Position numbers and translations under genes: made by a program | The notes under the pieces: model-generated | The model's input: the letters and a program-made list of their open reading frames with translations, nothing else | What the model was told of the DNA's origin: nothing | Databases searched by the model: none | Shown: in pieces, positions 11,280-23,770 of the stretch | Position numbering within the stretch: position 1 is the first letter of the stretch | Layout of the letters: every line of letters starts with the position of its first letter | Source: Chiloscyllium plagiosum | Lineage: Eukaryota | Direction: 5' to 3' | Length of the DNA stretch: 64,000 nt | Assembly: GCF_004010195.1 (NCBI RefSeq) | Contig: NC_057719.1 | Location: forward strand, 76,133,321 to 76,197,320

Positions 11280-14229
11280 AGGTGATGATCTAGAGGTAAT
11301 ATCACTCTAGACTCATAACTCAGGCGCTCAGGTAATGTTCTGGAGACCCAGGTTTGAATCCCAACATGGCAGGTGATGGAATTTGAATTCAATAAAGATG
11401 TAAAATTAAGAATCTAATGATTTCCGTGAAACCACTGTCAATTGTTATAAAAGCTCTCCTGGTTCACTGATGTCCTTCAGGGAAGGAAACTACTGTGACT
11501 CCAGACCCACAACAATGTGGTTGATTGCCCTCTGAAAAGGCTGCGCAAGCCACACAGTTGTATCAATTGCTAGAAAGTCTCAAAAATGAGAATAATTCGC
11601 ACAGACCACCTGACGATGACCTAAGCATCAGAAATGAGCAAGGTGACAACCCTGTAACCACTACATCTTCCTCACAAACATTCAGAGGCTAGTTCCAAAA
11701 ATGGGAGAGCTGACTCACAGACTAGTCAAGCAATAGCCTTCATCACAGAATGATACCTTACATACAACATCCCAGATACAATCATCCCTGGGCGGTGGGC
11801 GGTGGTGGCACAGTGATATGTAGTCAAGAGGGATTTGCCCGAGGAGTCCTCAACATTGGCTCCATCCTCCATGAAGTCTTCAGGTCAAACATGGAAATGG
11901 AAACCTCCTGCTGATTGAACTTACCCCAGGGTGACAAGGGCTCAGAATATCCTCTGGGTGGGGCAACTTCAATGTCAATCACTATTATTCACTGAGCTGA
12001 TTGTGGACTAAAGGATACATTTGCCAGACTGAATCTGCAGCAGGTGGTGAGTGAAGAATATATTTGGTTCCATCCTCACCAACCTGCCTGCTGCACATGC
12101 ATTGACAGTATTGTTATTGACAATAAAGCTGTACAATCCTTGTGCATACAAAATCTTATCTTCACATTGAGAACACCCTACATTATATTGTGAGGCACTA
12201 TCACTGGACTCAATGGTATAGATCTAGCAATTGAACAGATCTAGTAACTCAGGGCTGGGCATCCAAGAGATACTATGGGCCATCAGCAGCAGATTTGTAT
12301 TCAACCATTATCTAATGTATCCACTGCTCCGTCATTACCATCAAGTGAGAGAATCAACCATGATTCAATAAAGAATGCAGGAGGGCATGCCAGGAGCAGT
12401 ATCAGACATACCTAAAAATGAGGGGTCAACCTGGTGAAGCTATTAAACAGGGCTACTTGCATGCCAGACAGCATAAGCAGCAAGTGACAGATGGAGTTTA
12501 GTGATCCCACAACCAAGGGATCAGATCTAAGCTGGTCAAGAATGGTGGTGGACAAGTAACCAACTCACTGGAGGAGGAGGCTCCACAAATACATCCATCC
12601 TCAATGATGGAATAACATACAGATTGATGCAAAAGATAAGGCTAGAGTGTTCACAATAATCTTTAGCCAGACGTGCTGAGTGAATGATCTATCTTTCCCC
12701 CCTGCAACTGTCCCAGCGTCACAGTCTTCAGTCAATTCAAATCACTCCATGTGATATCAAGAAACTGTTGGAAGTCCTGGATACTGCACAGGCTATGGAC
12801 TCTGACAACATTCCAGCAATAGTACTGAAGGCTTGTGTTCCAGAATTTGCCACAACCCTTGCCAAGCTGTTCCAGTACAGCTATAACATTGGCATCTAGC
12901 TGGAATTGTTGGAATTTCCCCAGGTACGTCCTATACTCAAAAAGGCAGAAAAAATCCATCTCAATCAATTCCCACCCCACAGTTACATTTGATCATCAGT
13001 AAAGTGACAGAAGGCATCATCAACAGTGCTGTCAAGCAGCACCTGCTCAACAATAAACTGTTCAGTGATGCCCTGTTTGAGTTCCACAATCTCAGCTTCT
13101 GACCTCATTACAGCCTTGGTTCAAACACAGATAAAGGAACTGAATTCCTGAGGTGAGGTGAGAGTGATAGCCCTTGACATCAAGGCTGCATTTGACCGAA
13201 CATGGTGTCAAGGAGCCCTAGCAAAACTGGAATCAATGGGTATCAGGAGACAAACTTGGCACTTAGGAAGATGGCCGTGGTTGTTGGAGATCAGTCATCT
13301 CAGCTCCAGGACTTCTCTGCAGGAGTTCCTCAAGATAGTGTCCTGGACCCAATCAACTTCAGTTGTTTCATCATAAGGTCAGCATTGGGGATGTTCATTG
13401 ACGACTGAACAATGTTCATGCCCCATTCATAACTCCTCAGATATGAAGTAGACCATGACGAAGTGCAACAAAATCTGGACAATATCCAGGTTTGGTCTGA
13501 CGAGTGGCAAGTAACACTGGCAATGCGCAACTGCCAGGAAATGACCATCTCCAACAAGAGAGAATCTAAGCATTGTCCTGTGAAATTCAATGTTACATTA
13601 GATTAGATTACATTACAGTGTGGAAACAGGCCCTTCGGCCCAACAAGTCCACATCGACCCGCCGAAGCGAAACCCACCAACAAGAGAGAATCTAAGCATT
13701 GTCCTGTGAAATTCAATGTTACCTTCACCAAATCCCCCAATGTCAACATACTGATCACAAACTGAACTTGACTAGCCATATAATTACTGTGGCTACAAGA
13801 GCAAGTCAAAGGCAAGGAATCTTACAGCATGGAACTCACCTCTTATCTCCCCCAAAGCCTGTCGATCATTTTCATGTTACAAGTCAGGAAAGTGATGGAA
13901 TACTCCTTACTTAGCTAAATGAGTGTAGCTCCAACAATACTCAAGAAACTTGACATCATCCAGGACACTTGTCTAGCACCTCATCTGCAAATATTCACTC
14001 TCTCCACCACCAATGCTCAGTAGCAGTAGAATATATCATCTACAAGATACATTTCAGAAATCCTCCTTGACTCTTTAGACAGCACCATGGCCACTACTCT
14101 CTAGAAGGACTTATGCAGCAGATACATGGGAACAAAGTTGATTCTTAACTGCCCTCCGGATAAATTGGGATGGGCAATAAATGTTGGCCTAGCTAGTGAT
14201 GGCCACAATTCATGAATGAATAAAAAAAA
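11280..14229 (+). mobile_element. Near-full-length decayed non-LTR retrotransposon (APE endonuclease + RT, CR1/L2 group) with a tRNA/SINE-like 5' region
   Basis: RT remnants DNIPAIVLKACVPEFATTLAKLFQYSY, VIALDIKAAFDR, AGVPQDSVLDP and MFIDD. Endonuclease-like remnants near 11740-11990. B-box-like GGTTTGAATCC near 11351. Tail ATGAATGAATAAAAAAAA. Confidence 0.85.
13597..13676 (-). mobile_element. 5'-truncated HE1-like SINE/LINE tail inserted in the LINE, flanked by a 46-bp perfect direct repeat
   Basis: CCAACAAGAGAGAATCTAAGCATTGTCCTGTGAAATTCAATGTTAC at 13551-13596 and 13677-13722. Confidence 0.93.
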
Positions 14230-14339
14230 TCCAACTGAGCTCCTGCCATTAAATTCAGCAGGACCTCCAAGATATTCATACTTCCTGACTGTTACTTATG
14301 TCCTGCAAATCCCTTCTCTTCTGTCCAATCCCAAGTCTG

Positions 14340-14565
14340 TTTTTTTTTATTCAGTCATGGGATGTGAGCTTCATTGACAAGATTGGCATTTTTTGTCCTT
14401 GAGAAGGTGGTGGTGAGCTGCCTTCTTGAAATGTTACAGTATATTTGATGCACTGTGTTGTGACCCACATTGTGATGGGGTGGCCAATCCAACAATAGTG
14501 AAGGAACAGTGGTATATTTCCAAGTAATGAGGGTGAGTGTCTTGTAGAGGCTGGGAGCTTCCCAA
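14340..14565 (-). mobile_element. 3' fragment of the same LINE family as 11280-14229
   Basis: T run followed by CATGGGATGTG and CCTTGAGAAGGTGGTGGTGAGCTGCCTTCTTGAA, also seen at 32150 and 33308. Confidence 0.75.
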
Positions 14566-15379
14566 TTACTAGCACTGCTCATGTTTCAACCCTGAGACCT
14601 ATTATCAGAGCATTTCATAGTCTTTTGGCTGGTTCCACAAGTATTCTGCTTTGAGTTTTGCCTTCACTTTATTGCTCTTTCTTTGAACATACTGCCCTCT
14701 CTACCTAACTCAATCTCAGTTAGATATAGCAGTCAATCCCATGCATGAAAGGACCTTATCTATCACAATAGGGGAAAAAAAAATGCGACTAAGGAACAAA
14801 TCAGTTTTCAGTAGGTCTCCCTTTCCAATAGACAATACTTCAAGTCTGTATCTCCTTTCATTAACCTGGCTAATTGCTTTCCATATTCCCAAAGTTGCAA
14901 ATTCCTTAGAGAATGATGGATTATGTCTCAGTTTCACATCTATCCTTGATCAAGCTTCTAAATGTATTTTCTTGGACAGTTACACAATGTTTAATTGGAA
15001 AGGGACTATTTCAAGTATGAGTATTTGCTCAGGAGGAATCAAATCCTAGGGTTGGATGATTGTGTCCTAAAATGATAGGAATCACTATAGGAATGAGCAG
15101 AACTGAGGCTGGAGGACCAGAAATTTGAACTTCTGCCAGAGAAAGAGCCCCACTCAAACTTCCAATAGTCACCATTGTCAGCATTGAAGCCTTTCGAAAA
15201 CCCACCAAGTAAGAGAGTTTGAAAACTCTGGGTAAAGCCTGCTGAGGAGCTGGGAACATACTGACAAATTGGTGTTAAGCATTCTGATAGCTTAAAATGT
15301 CATTAAGTACTGTTGTATGAGTTTAATGTGCTTTTACTGCAGTGATTGATCATAGGAATCTGTCCTATAAAGGCAGGTG

Positions 15380-15925
15380 GATTTAATTTGTTTTGTTTTG
15401 CTTTGATTTATTATTGTATTATACTTTGGTACAGTGAAGTTTTGTTTTGCATACAGTACAGGCAGATCATACTATGCAAAGTGTATCAGGGTAATAGAAC
15501 AGAGCGAGGAATACAATGTTACAGCTGTAGAGAAGGTACACGAAGACTGAGATCAACATTAAATTTAAAACTTGAGAGGTCCATTCAGAAGTCTAATAAC
15601 AGTGGGGAAGATGCTGCTCTTGAATCTGTTGGTACATATGTTTAAGCTTTTGAATCTTCTACCCAATGGAAGAGGTTGGAAGAGATTATAACTAGGGTGG
15701 GAGGGGACGTGATTATATTGGCTGCCTTTCTGAGGCAGCAGGAAGTATAGATGGAGTCAATGGATGGAATGTCTGTTTTGCATGGTGCACTGGGCTGTGT
15801 TCACAACTCTCTGTAGTTTCTTATGGTCCTGAGCAGAGCTGTGCCATACCAATGTACATCTGGATAGAATACTTTCTATAGTGCATCTATAAAAATTAGT
15901 ATGGGGCTTCATAGACATACCAACT
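15380..15925 (-). mobile_element. Rex1/Babar-type LINE 3' fragment
   Basis: Colinear with 18740-19280 (GCTGCTCTTGAATCTGTTGGTAC, GATGGAGTCAATGGATGGAA). Confidence 0.8.
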
Positions 15926-16354
15926 CGTAATGAAATCTCCCCGAACTTGCAAGTATTTGATAAGAGGCCACTTTTGTATAGTGTAGATAAACAAATGGAA
16001 ACTTAGCCATCCAATTTTAGTGTGCTCCATTTTCTGGAGCTGAAATAGTTTTGTTTAACAACTGTACACATTATGAATGTTTGGCTGAGTTTTAAAATTT
16101 AGAAGAATTTAGCTGAACAACGATCCTCTCAACTAGTCTGCCTTGGCACCAACACACCCTTGATGCTACCTCAGACTAACCTAGGAAGGTGATGACATGA
16201 ATCTTGCCTGGATATATGTCAAATATAGGGAGGTGAAGTGAGAAACTTTCCCAACTTAGATCTCCTAAATCTGAGAGAATTTGCTGGGATATTAGTTAGT
16301 CTGATTAATAATCAGCTCTTATGATCTGAATCTGATCTCAACATTTATGGGACA

Positions 16355-16676
16355 AGGTGGTCTCACAATCTAGAGGTCGAGGGAAATGATGTGGGGACAA
16401 GGGCTTGGATTCCACCACGGCATTTGTTAGAATTTAAATTTACTTAATTTGGAACTAAAAGTCAGTCTCAGTAATGGTAACCACAAAACTATCATTGATG
16501 ATTGTAAAAACCCATCTGATTCATTAATGTCCTTTATCTGATCTAACCTACATGTGACTCTGTATTGACAGTAACATGTTTTACTCTGACCTGCTTTCAG
16601 AAATGACCAAGCAAGCCATTCAATTCAAGTTAGCGATAGTCAACAAACACTGGGCTTGCTAGCTATGCCCACATCA
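16355..16676 (+). mobile_element. Short bipartite SINE-like element joining the head and tail of the 11280-14229 LINE family
   Basis: Shares head motifs (CATCTGATTCATTAATGTCCTT, TGTGACTC) and the tail motif GCCCACATC, with no coding interior. Confidence 0.6.
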
Positions 16677-16930
16677 AAGCAAAACATGCAGCCCTTCATT
16701 AAGAGTTGAAGCTCAATAGTTCTATGGACAGAGATTTTGGGCACAAGGATTTGCAAGGTTGATATGGTTGGCAGCATTATGACCTAATACAGTGCCCCAC
16801 CAAGAGGTTTTTTTTAGCTGTGTCACTAGTGCCAATGGAACTAGCCGCTCGAATGGCCAGAAGTACACTGGGCTGCCATGTTATCTGTTGACATTCAGCA
16901 TGCGGACAAAGACCAACAATGCATTTTTAT

Positions 16931-17226
16931 TTAGACTTAGATTAGATTACTTTACAATGTGGAAACAGGCCCTTCGGCCCAACAAGTCCACACCGACCCG
17001 CCGAAGCGCAACCCACCCAGACCCATTCTCCCTAACTAATGCTCCTAACTCTATGGGCAATTCTAGCATGACCAATTCACTTAACCTGCTCATCTTTGGA
17101 CTGTGGGAGGAAACCCATGCAGACACAGGGAGAACGTGCAATTCCACCCAGACAGTCACCTGAGGCTGGAATCGAACCTGGGTCCCTAGTGCTGTGAGCT
17201 AGTAGTGCTAACCACTGAGCCATCCA
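16931..17226 (-). mobile_element. HE1-like SINE
   Basis: Reverse complement of the 10539-10842 family. Confidence 0.92.
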
Positions 17227-17928
17227 TGATGCTTAAAGCTGAATGGTGTGACCAATCAAATTACATCTGGAACACAACACTTTTATTAAGATAAAGGTCA
17301 AGTCTAGGTTACCTCCTTGATATATGTTTGAAAGGGGTTTGGTCTGGTCCATAATAAGTCTCAGAAGCTGGAGAGAGATGCAGGGAAAAAGGGTAGAATG
17401 GAGAGTTGGGGGTGGAGAATTTGAAGAATTAAAACAATAGAACTTACTGCATGCATAGCTCTGTAGACTCAAAGTTTAGATTTTGTGTAATCCTTTTAAA
17501 ATACTACATTATTATAAAATGCATGGAATGAAAATAAGAAAAAAATGATGATGCCAGGAATCGCAACAGATAATCATTGCTATCTATATAGTCCTATATA
17601 AAATTGTCTGCCACAGCTGCCTGGAGTGGAACTCTATTAAACAGCACATTAATTGATGCAGTAATTAATGCAAATACATCAACAGTGAGAGATCAGCCTG
17701 AAGTGTGTAGGAGGCATTTGACAGGAAGAATTGTAACATTTTTAACAAGTAGAGATTTCTGCATCTAGTTTGGAGTAAATGAGGTAAAATCAATAGAATG
17801 CAAAACTTTGTTTGAATTTTTCATAAAAATATTATTCTGAAGAATACAAACACAACATTAATGTATGAACAGTATGGAATCTATACCATAAATTGATTTA
17901 ATATGTCCTGGAGACTTTTATCCTTTCT

Positions 17929-18237
17929 TTAGATTTGATTCTCTACAGTATGGAAACAGGCCCTTCAGCCCAACAAGTCTACACCAACCCTCCAAAGAGT
18001 AACCCACCCAGAGCCAGTCCCTACCCTATACTTACCCCTGACTGATGCACCTAACACTATGAGCAATTTAGCATGGCCAATTCACCTAACCTGCACATCT
18101 TTGGACTTTGGGAGGAAACCAGAGCACCCGGGGGAAACCCACGCGGACATGGGGAGAATGTGCAAACTCCACACAGACAGTGACCCGAAGTGGGAATTGA
18201 ACCCGGGTACCTGGAGCTGTGAGCCACCATGCCGCCC
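17929..18237 (-). mobile_element. HE1-like SINE
   Basis: Reverse complement of the 10539-10842 family. Confidence 0.92.
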
Positions 18238-19692
18238 TGTATAATAACAGTAATTTATTGAAGCTTCAGGTCATGAGTATTAAGGTCTTAGAGTGAGCTA
18301 AGAGGTTACAAATGGGGAATGGAAAATGAGCAAAATGGAGGGCGGGATAGTAGAAGAGGTAGGGAGATGGAAACATTGACAGAGGAGAAAATGAGTGGGA
18401 TGATCAGAAAGTGAAGCGGAGCATGAGGGTGCATTGAGGAGCAAAAAAACCCAGAAGAAAGCGAATGAACACATTGGAGGAAATAGGGACAGGCAAGGCC
18501 AGGTGAAGGAAGGAAAGAGATGAAGGTTGTAAAAGGCAATGGTAGTTACAATTACAGTTGGCAATGTTAACTGATGAAACCACACCAACAATTTATTTGT
18601 TTTTGTGCACCATTTTTAGAGGTGACTGTACTAAAAGCAGACAAATGAATGTCATACAAACATTATTATCACATGGCTAATATCACAACCAATAATATCT
18701 AGAGACAGAAGATAGAGAGAGATACAGACCAAATAGGAAGAATTTGATTTGATTTGATTTATTATTGACACATGTACCTCAGTACAGTTAAAAGTTTTGT
18801 TTTGCAAATGCAGATGCAGATTATACCATACAAGGATCACAGGGTGATTGAACAGAGTGAGGAATACAAAGTTACAGCTACAAAGAAGGTACACAAAAAG
18901 CAAGATCAATAATACATGTGAAATTTGAGAGATTCAGAAGTCTAATACCAGTGGGGAAGAAGCTGTTCTTGAATCTGATGGTACGTGTGCTTAACCTTTC
19001 AAATCTTCTGCCTGATAGAAGAGGTTGAATGGGATTCTATCTGGGTTGGAAATGGTCTTTGATGATGTTAACTGTCTTTGCAAGGCAGCGAGAAATATAG
19101 GTGGAGTCAATAGATGGAAGGCTGGTTTGTGTGATGGACTGGGCTATGTTCACTACTCCCTGTAGATTCTTACAGTTCTGGTTAAAGCAGTTGACATACC
19201 AAGCTGTAATGCACCCAGATGGAATGTTTTCAATGGTGCATCTGTAAAAGCTAGTGAGATGCTCATGGACACATAGAATTTCCTTAGCCTCCTGAGGAAG
19301 AAGAGACATTGTTGTGCTTTCCTGACCATTGCATCAACGTGAATGGTACAGGACAGATTGTTGCTGATCATCACTCCGAGGAACTTGATGCTCTGAGCCA
19401 TCTCCACCTCAGCGCCATTGACGTAGATAGGGACGAACTCTCCAACTTGCTTCCTGAAGTCAATGATCAGCTCTTTCATTTTGCTTATGTTGAAGGACAA
19501 ATCATTAACTTTACACCATGCCACGAGACACTTAATCTCTTTCCTATATTCTGTCTTGTCATTGTTTCAGATCTGGCCTGCAACAGTGATGTCTTTGGCA
19601 AATTTGGATGATATTTGGCCCCACAGTCATGAACGTACAGGGAGCACAGCTGAGAGCTGAGTACGCAGCCTTGCAGGGCACCAGTGTTGAGG

Positions 19693-20555
19693 ATAGAAGC
19701 TGGGCTGTCTGTCAGAAAGCAAAGAGTGGGGATAAAAGAGTCTTTCTCAGGATGTCACCTGACCTGCACATCTTTGGACTGTGGGAGGAAACCGGAGCAC
19801 CCGGAGGAAACCCACACAGACACGGGGAGAATGTGCAAACTCCACACAGTCAGTCGCCTGAGTTGGGAATTGAACCTGGGTCTCTGGCGGTGTGAGGCAG
19901 CAGTGCTAACCACTGTGCCACTGTGCCGCCCACTATGATGGCATTTATTTCGAGAGGACTTGATTATAAAAGCAGGGATGTATTTCTGCTGCTCTGTAAG
20001 GCTCTAGTCAGGCCACATTTGGAGTATTGCAGTTTTGAGCCCCATATCACAGGAAGGATGGACTGGCCCTGGAGCATGTTCAGAGGAAGTTCACAAGAAT
20101 GGTCCCTGGAATTCACAGCTTAACACATGAGGAATGTTTAAGGACTCCGGGTCTATGCTCGATGGAGTTTGTAAGGATGAGGGGGGATCTAATTGAAACT
20201 TAGAGAATACTGAATGGCCTGGACAGAGTAGATGTTGGAAAGATGTTTCCATTGGCAGGAGAGACTGGGACCCAAGGTCACAGCCTTAGAGTAAAGGGTA
20301 GGCCTTTTAGAATGGAGATAAGGAGAAACTTATCAGCCAGAGAATGGTGAATCTATGGAATTCACCACGACAGAAGACTGGGGAAGCCAGGTGTTTGAGA
20401 ATATTTAAGATGAAGATAGCTAGATTTTTGATTGGAAAGGGAATCAAGGCTTATGAGGAGAAAGTGGGAGAATGGGGTTGAGAAACTATCAACCATGGTT
20501 GAATGCGGAGCAGATTCGATGGGTTGAATGGCCTAATTTCTGCTCCTATGTCTTA
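19693..20555 (+). mobile_element. CR1-type LINE 3' portion nested in the Rex1-like element
   Basis: LCKALVRPHLEYC. Colinear with 60513-62295, lacking about 395 bp beside the SINE. Confidence 0.88.
19755..19931 (-). mobile_element. HE1-like SINE 5' half nested in CR1
   Basis: Head and core are present and the tail is absent. Confidence 0.9.
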
Positions 20556-22582
20556 TCATTGTAGAGAAGGTGCTGTTGCCTATTCTCATTGACTGCAGTC
20601 TGTGAGTCAGGAAGTCACGGATGCAATTGCAGAGGGCGGAGCAGAGACCCAGGTCTCTGAATTTGGAGATTGGTTTGCTGAGATTATAGTGTTGAAGGCG
20701 GAGTTGTAGTCAATAAGTAGAAGCTTGACGTAGGTATGCATGTTATCCAGATGTTCCAGGGAGGAGTGTAGGGTCAGGTGGATGGCCTCTGCCATGGACC
20801 TGATGCGATGAGAGGCAAATGACAAGGGATCAAGGCAGGCTGGAAGGCCAGAGTTGAATGAGCCAAGACTAACCTCTCGAAGCACTTCATAATTATGGAG
20901 GTCAGAGGCGGTAGTCATTGAGGCACGCTGCATGTGTGTACTTTGACACTGGGATGATAGACGTCTTCTGGAAGCAGATGGGGACTTCGGGTTGTAATAA
21001 GTAGAAGTTATAAATGTCAGCGAATACTTCGCCAGCTGGGACACCCTGGATCTGAGAGCAAGGCCAGGGACTCCATCTGGGCCCGTCACTTTCCCTGGGT
21101 ACACTCTCGAAAAGGCCAATCTGAGGCCTGCAGCAGTGACTGAGAGAACATGTGCATCTGAGGCTGTCGAGGCAAGTGACACCGTTTCACTGGTCTTCTG
21201 TTCAAAATTAGCTTAAAATGCACTGAGCGCATCAGGGAGGAATGGGGTGACCAGGTGGAGTATATGAAGAATACAAACATTAAATCGAATTGCATACAGA
21301 TTCAGAGCTCTTAGTGTTTCAAAAGTCTTTCCTCGGATCCACATCAGAAATATAAATATTTTGTTAAAAGACTTTACGACCTATTCATTCTGAGTTTATA
21401 TAAGACCCTTGCATTTTTACAACCTACAGCTTTATTTAACTTGAGGGTTCATTGACGTTTAGTCACAAATTACCCACAAGAGCAGTTCTACGACAAGGGA
21501 CTCATTCTGAAATTAACTACAATAGACATTTGTTCAATAGTGGGTGTAAAACATATGGTTATTTATATATTTAGATGAAAATTTCAAGTTCCAACCACTG
21601 ACGATCAGAGTGGGATTGGTGGGATATAGCACCAATGAACACAAAATCTGTTCATTTGAACAACTTGAGATTTAAACTTCACTTCAAATTTGAGATTGAA
21701 GGTCTCTTTGTAAGGCTGCTGAATAAACGATTTGGTGGTAAGATTTGCAGAGCAATGCGATAATGGCAGAATGCATAACGTATTGTAATAATAATATCAC
21801 ATGATTATGCAGAAAGAGTGGGAAGAGAGCAGAAGCTTTACCAGTGTTTTGAGAGAATGTGTATCTACTAAACTATCAATAAAGGTTCTTATAGAAAGAC
21901 ACAAAAACAGTACTTGGGTGCCTAATTAGAGGTAGAGTCCATACACATAACAAGGCAGTGTCAATTTCAGTTCTCAGTGGTTACACAGAACAAATTTACT
22001 TTTATTTCAGGCCAAGTTAGATACTGTCAATGAATGTGTTGATTTAAGGACTCTCTGAATTTTGAACAAAAAATCTTGAGACTTCCAACACAGATATTCA
22101 AAGTGTCTTCAAGATGCCTCATTTAGAAACTGAGGGGTAAACAAATGAGCTTATGCAAAATGTAGATGTGCTTTAGAGGTTATTGCAGGATCTCTGCATA
22201 AATGTGCTCTAATTCTTTAATATCTCATTTAGTTTAAAGTTTGCACGTACTTATAAAGCACAATTTGGCAGCAGAGGCATCGCTGTGACAACTATTAAAC
22301 TTGGAAGCAAAGGAAAGGAACTTCCGGAATGATGACCAGATGGCGGTTTACCCACTGCCCTCCTACGATACTTCTGCCATCATTCTGTCTCCCAAAGCCT
22401 TACAATGCTGTGACCAAATGGGGTGGCATGTGATAGGTATCGATTGTGTAACATGTGGCAATGGTGTTTGATTTCTTTTGTACAGCAGGGAAGAGCTGGA
22501 GTTCTATTCTGTCCCTTTACAGGAACTGAGGTTGAGCTAAGAAACTCTCAGGAGTGCATTGGCCCTCCGGAGCAGCCATGGT

Positions 22583-22715
22583 CTGAGGAGCTGTCACTGG
22601 ACCTGAAACGTTAACTCTGATTTCTCTCCACAGATGCTGCAAGATGGCTGAGCGTTTCCAGCAATTTCTGTTTTTTTTTCTGATTTCCAGCATCCACAAT
22701 GGTTTCAGTTTTTAT
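22583..22715 (+). mobile_element. Penelope-like terminal fragment (second subfamily) starting at a hammerhead-like core
   Basis: CTGAGGA-GCTGTCACTGGACCT-GAAA-CGTT-AACTCTG; stem II is partly decayed. Confidence 0.7.
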
Positions 22716-23044
22716 GTTAGCAGCTGGTTTAATGGCGTCATCACCACCCACGTATTCGTTGCATAATGTGGTTTGCAAATCAACTTGTGTCTCATTTCCA
22801 TGTTGCACCAAGGTTGGTAAACATCTCTAACATGAAGAATTCATGAATTACGGATACTAGAGCCATCTTTGACCTTTCAGCAATAATTAATCCTCAAAAA
22901 AAGACCATCAACTAACCACTGTGCTGGAAAACATGGAAGGAACATACCCAACGAGGGAAGCCTCCAGCTCAAACCCCTGCCTCAACTTCCTAGTGAATAT
23001 GTTACAACAAGCCTTGATCATACAGGTTTATGTAAACATGAGAG

Positions 23045-23770
23045 CACCTAATTATACATGGAATCATAGTCATGGAGTCATACGTCCAACCAGTCCTTTG
23101 CCAACCATGTTCCTAAACTAAACTAGTCCCATCTGCCTGCACTTGGCCCATATCTCTCCAATCCTTTCCTCTTCATGTCCTTACTTAAGTATCTTTTAAA
23201 CATCGCAACTGTACCCACATCCACCACTTCCTTTGGACATTCTGTCCCACACATGAACCACTCCCTGTGTAAAACAATTGCCCCTCATATCTTTTTTGAA
23301 AATCTTTCTCCTAGCCTCATAAAAAATGCCCCTGAGTCTTGAAATCCCCCATCCTAGGGAAACGACACTTGCCATTCAATTTATCTATACCCCTCCTTAT
23401 TTCACAAAGTTCTATAAGGTCACCTGTCAATCTCTTACACTCCAGTGAAAAAGTCCCAGGCTATATAATCTCTCCTTATAACTCAAACCCTCCATTCTCA
23501 GCAATATTCTGGCAAATCTCTTCTGAACCCTCTCAGCTTAATAATATCATTTCTATAACAGGGAGACCAGAACGGGACACAGTACTCCAGAAGACGCCTC
23601 ACTAATGTCTTGTACAACCTCAACATAATGTCCCTTACTCCTATGCTCAAAGATCTGAGCAATGAAAGCAAGCATGCTAAACACCTTCTTAACCACCCTA
23701 TCTGTATGTGATGCAAACTTCAAAGAATTGTATACCTGACCCCTAAGTCTTTCTGTTCTACAACATTAAC
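23045..23770 (-). mobile_element. CR1 (HER1-like) LINE 3' fragment
   Basis: MLRLYKTLVRRLLEYCVPFWSPCYRNDIIKL. Confidence 0.88.

Larger units (their letters stand above)
18740..21190 (-). mobile_element. Rex1/Babar-type LINE (RT and 3' UTR), interrupted by a CR1 insertion at 19693-20555
   Basis: ORF remnants KVTGPDGVPG, LLLIDYNSAFNTII, ISKMKELIIDFRK, KAQQCLFFLRRLRKF and FYRCTIENI. (ATCAA)n tail at about 18742-18757. Confidence 0.88.
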
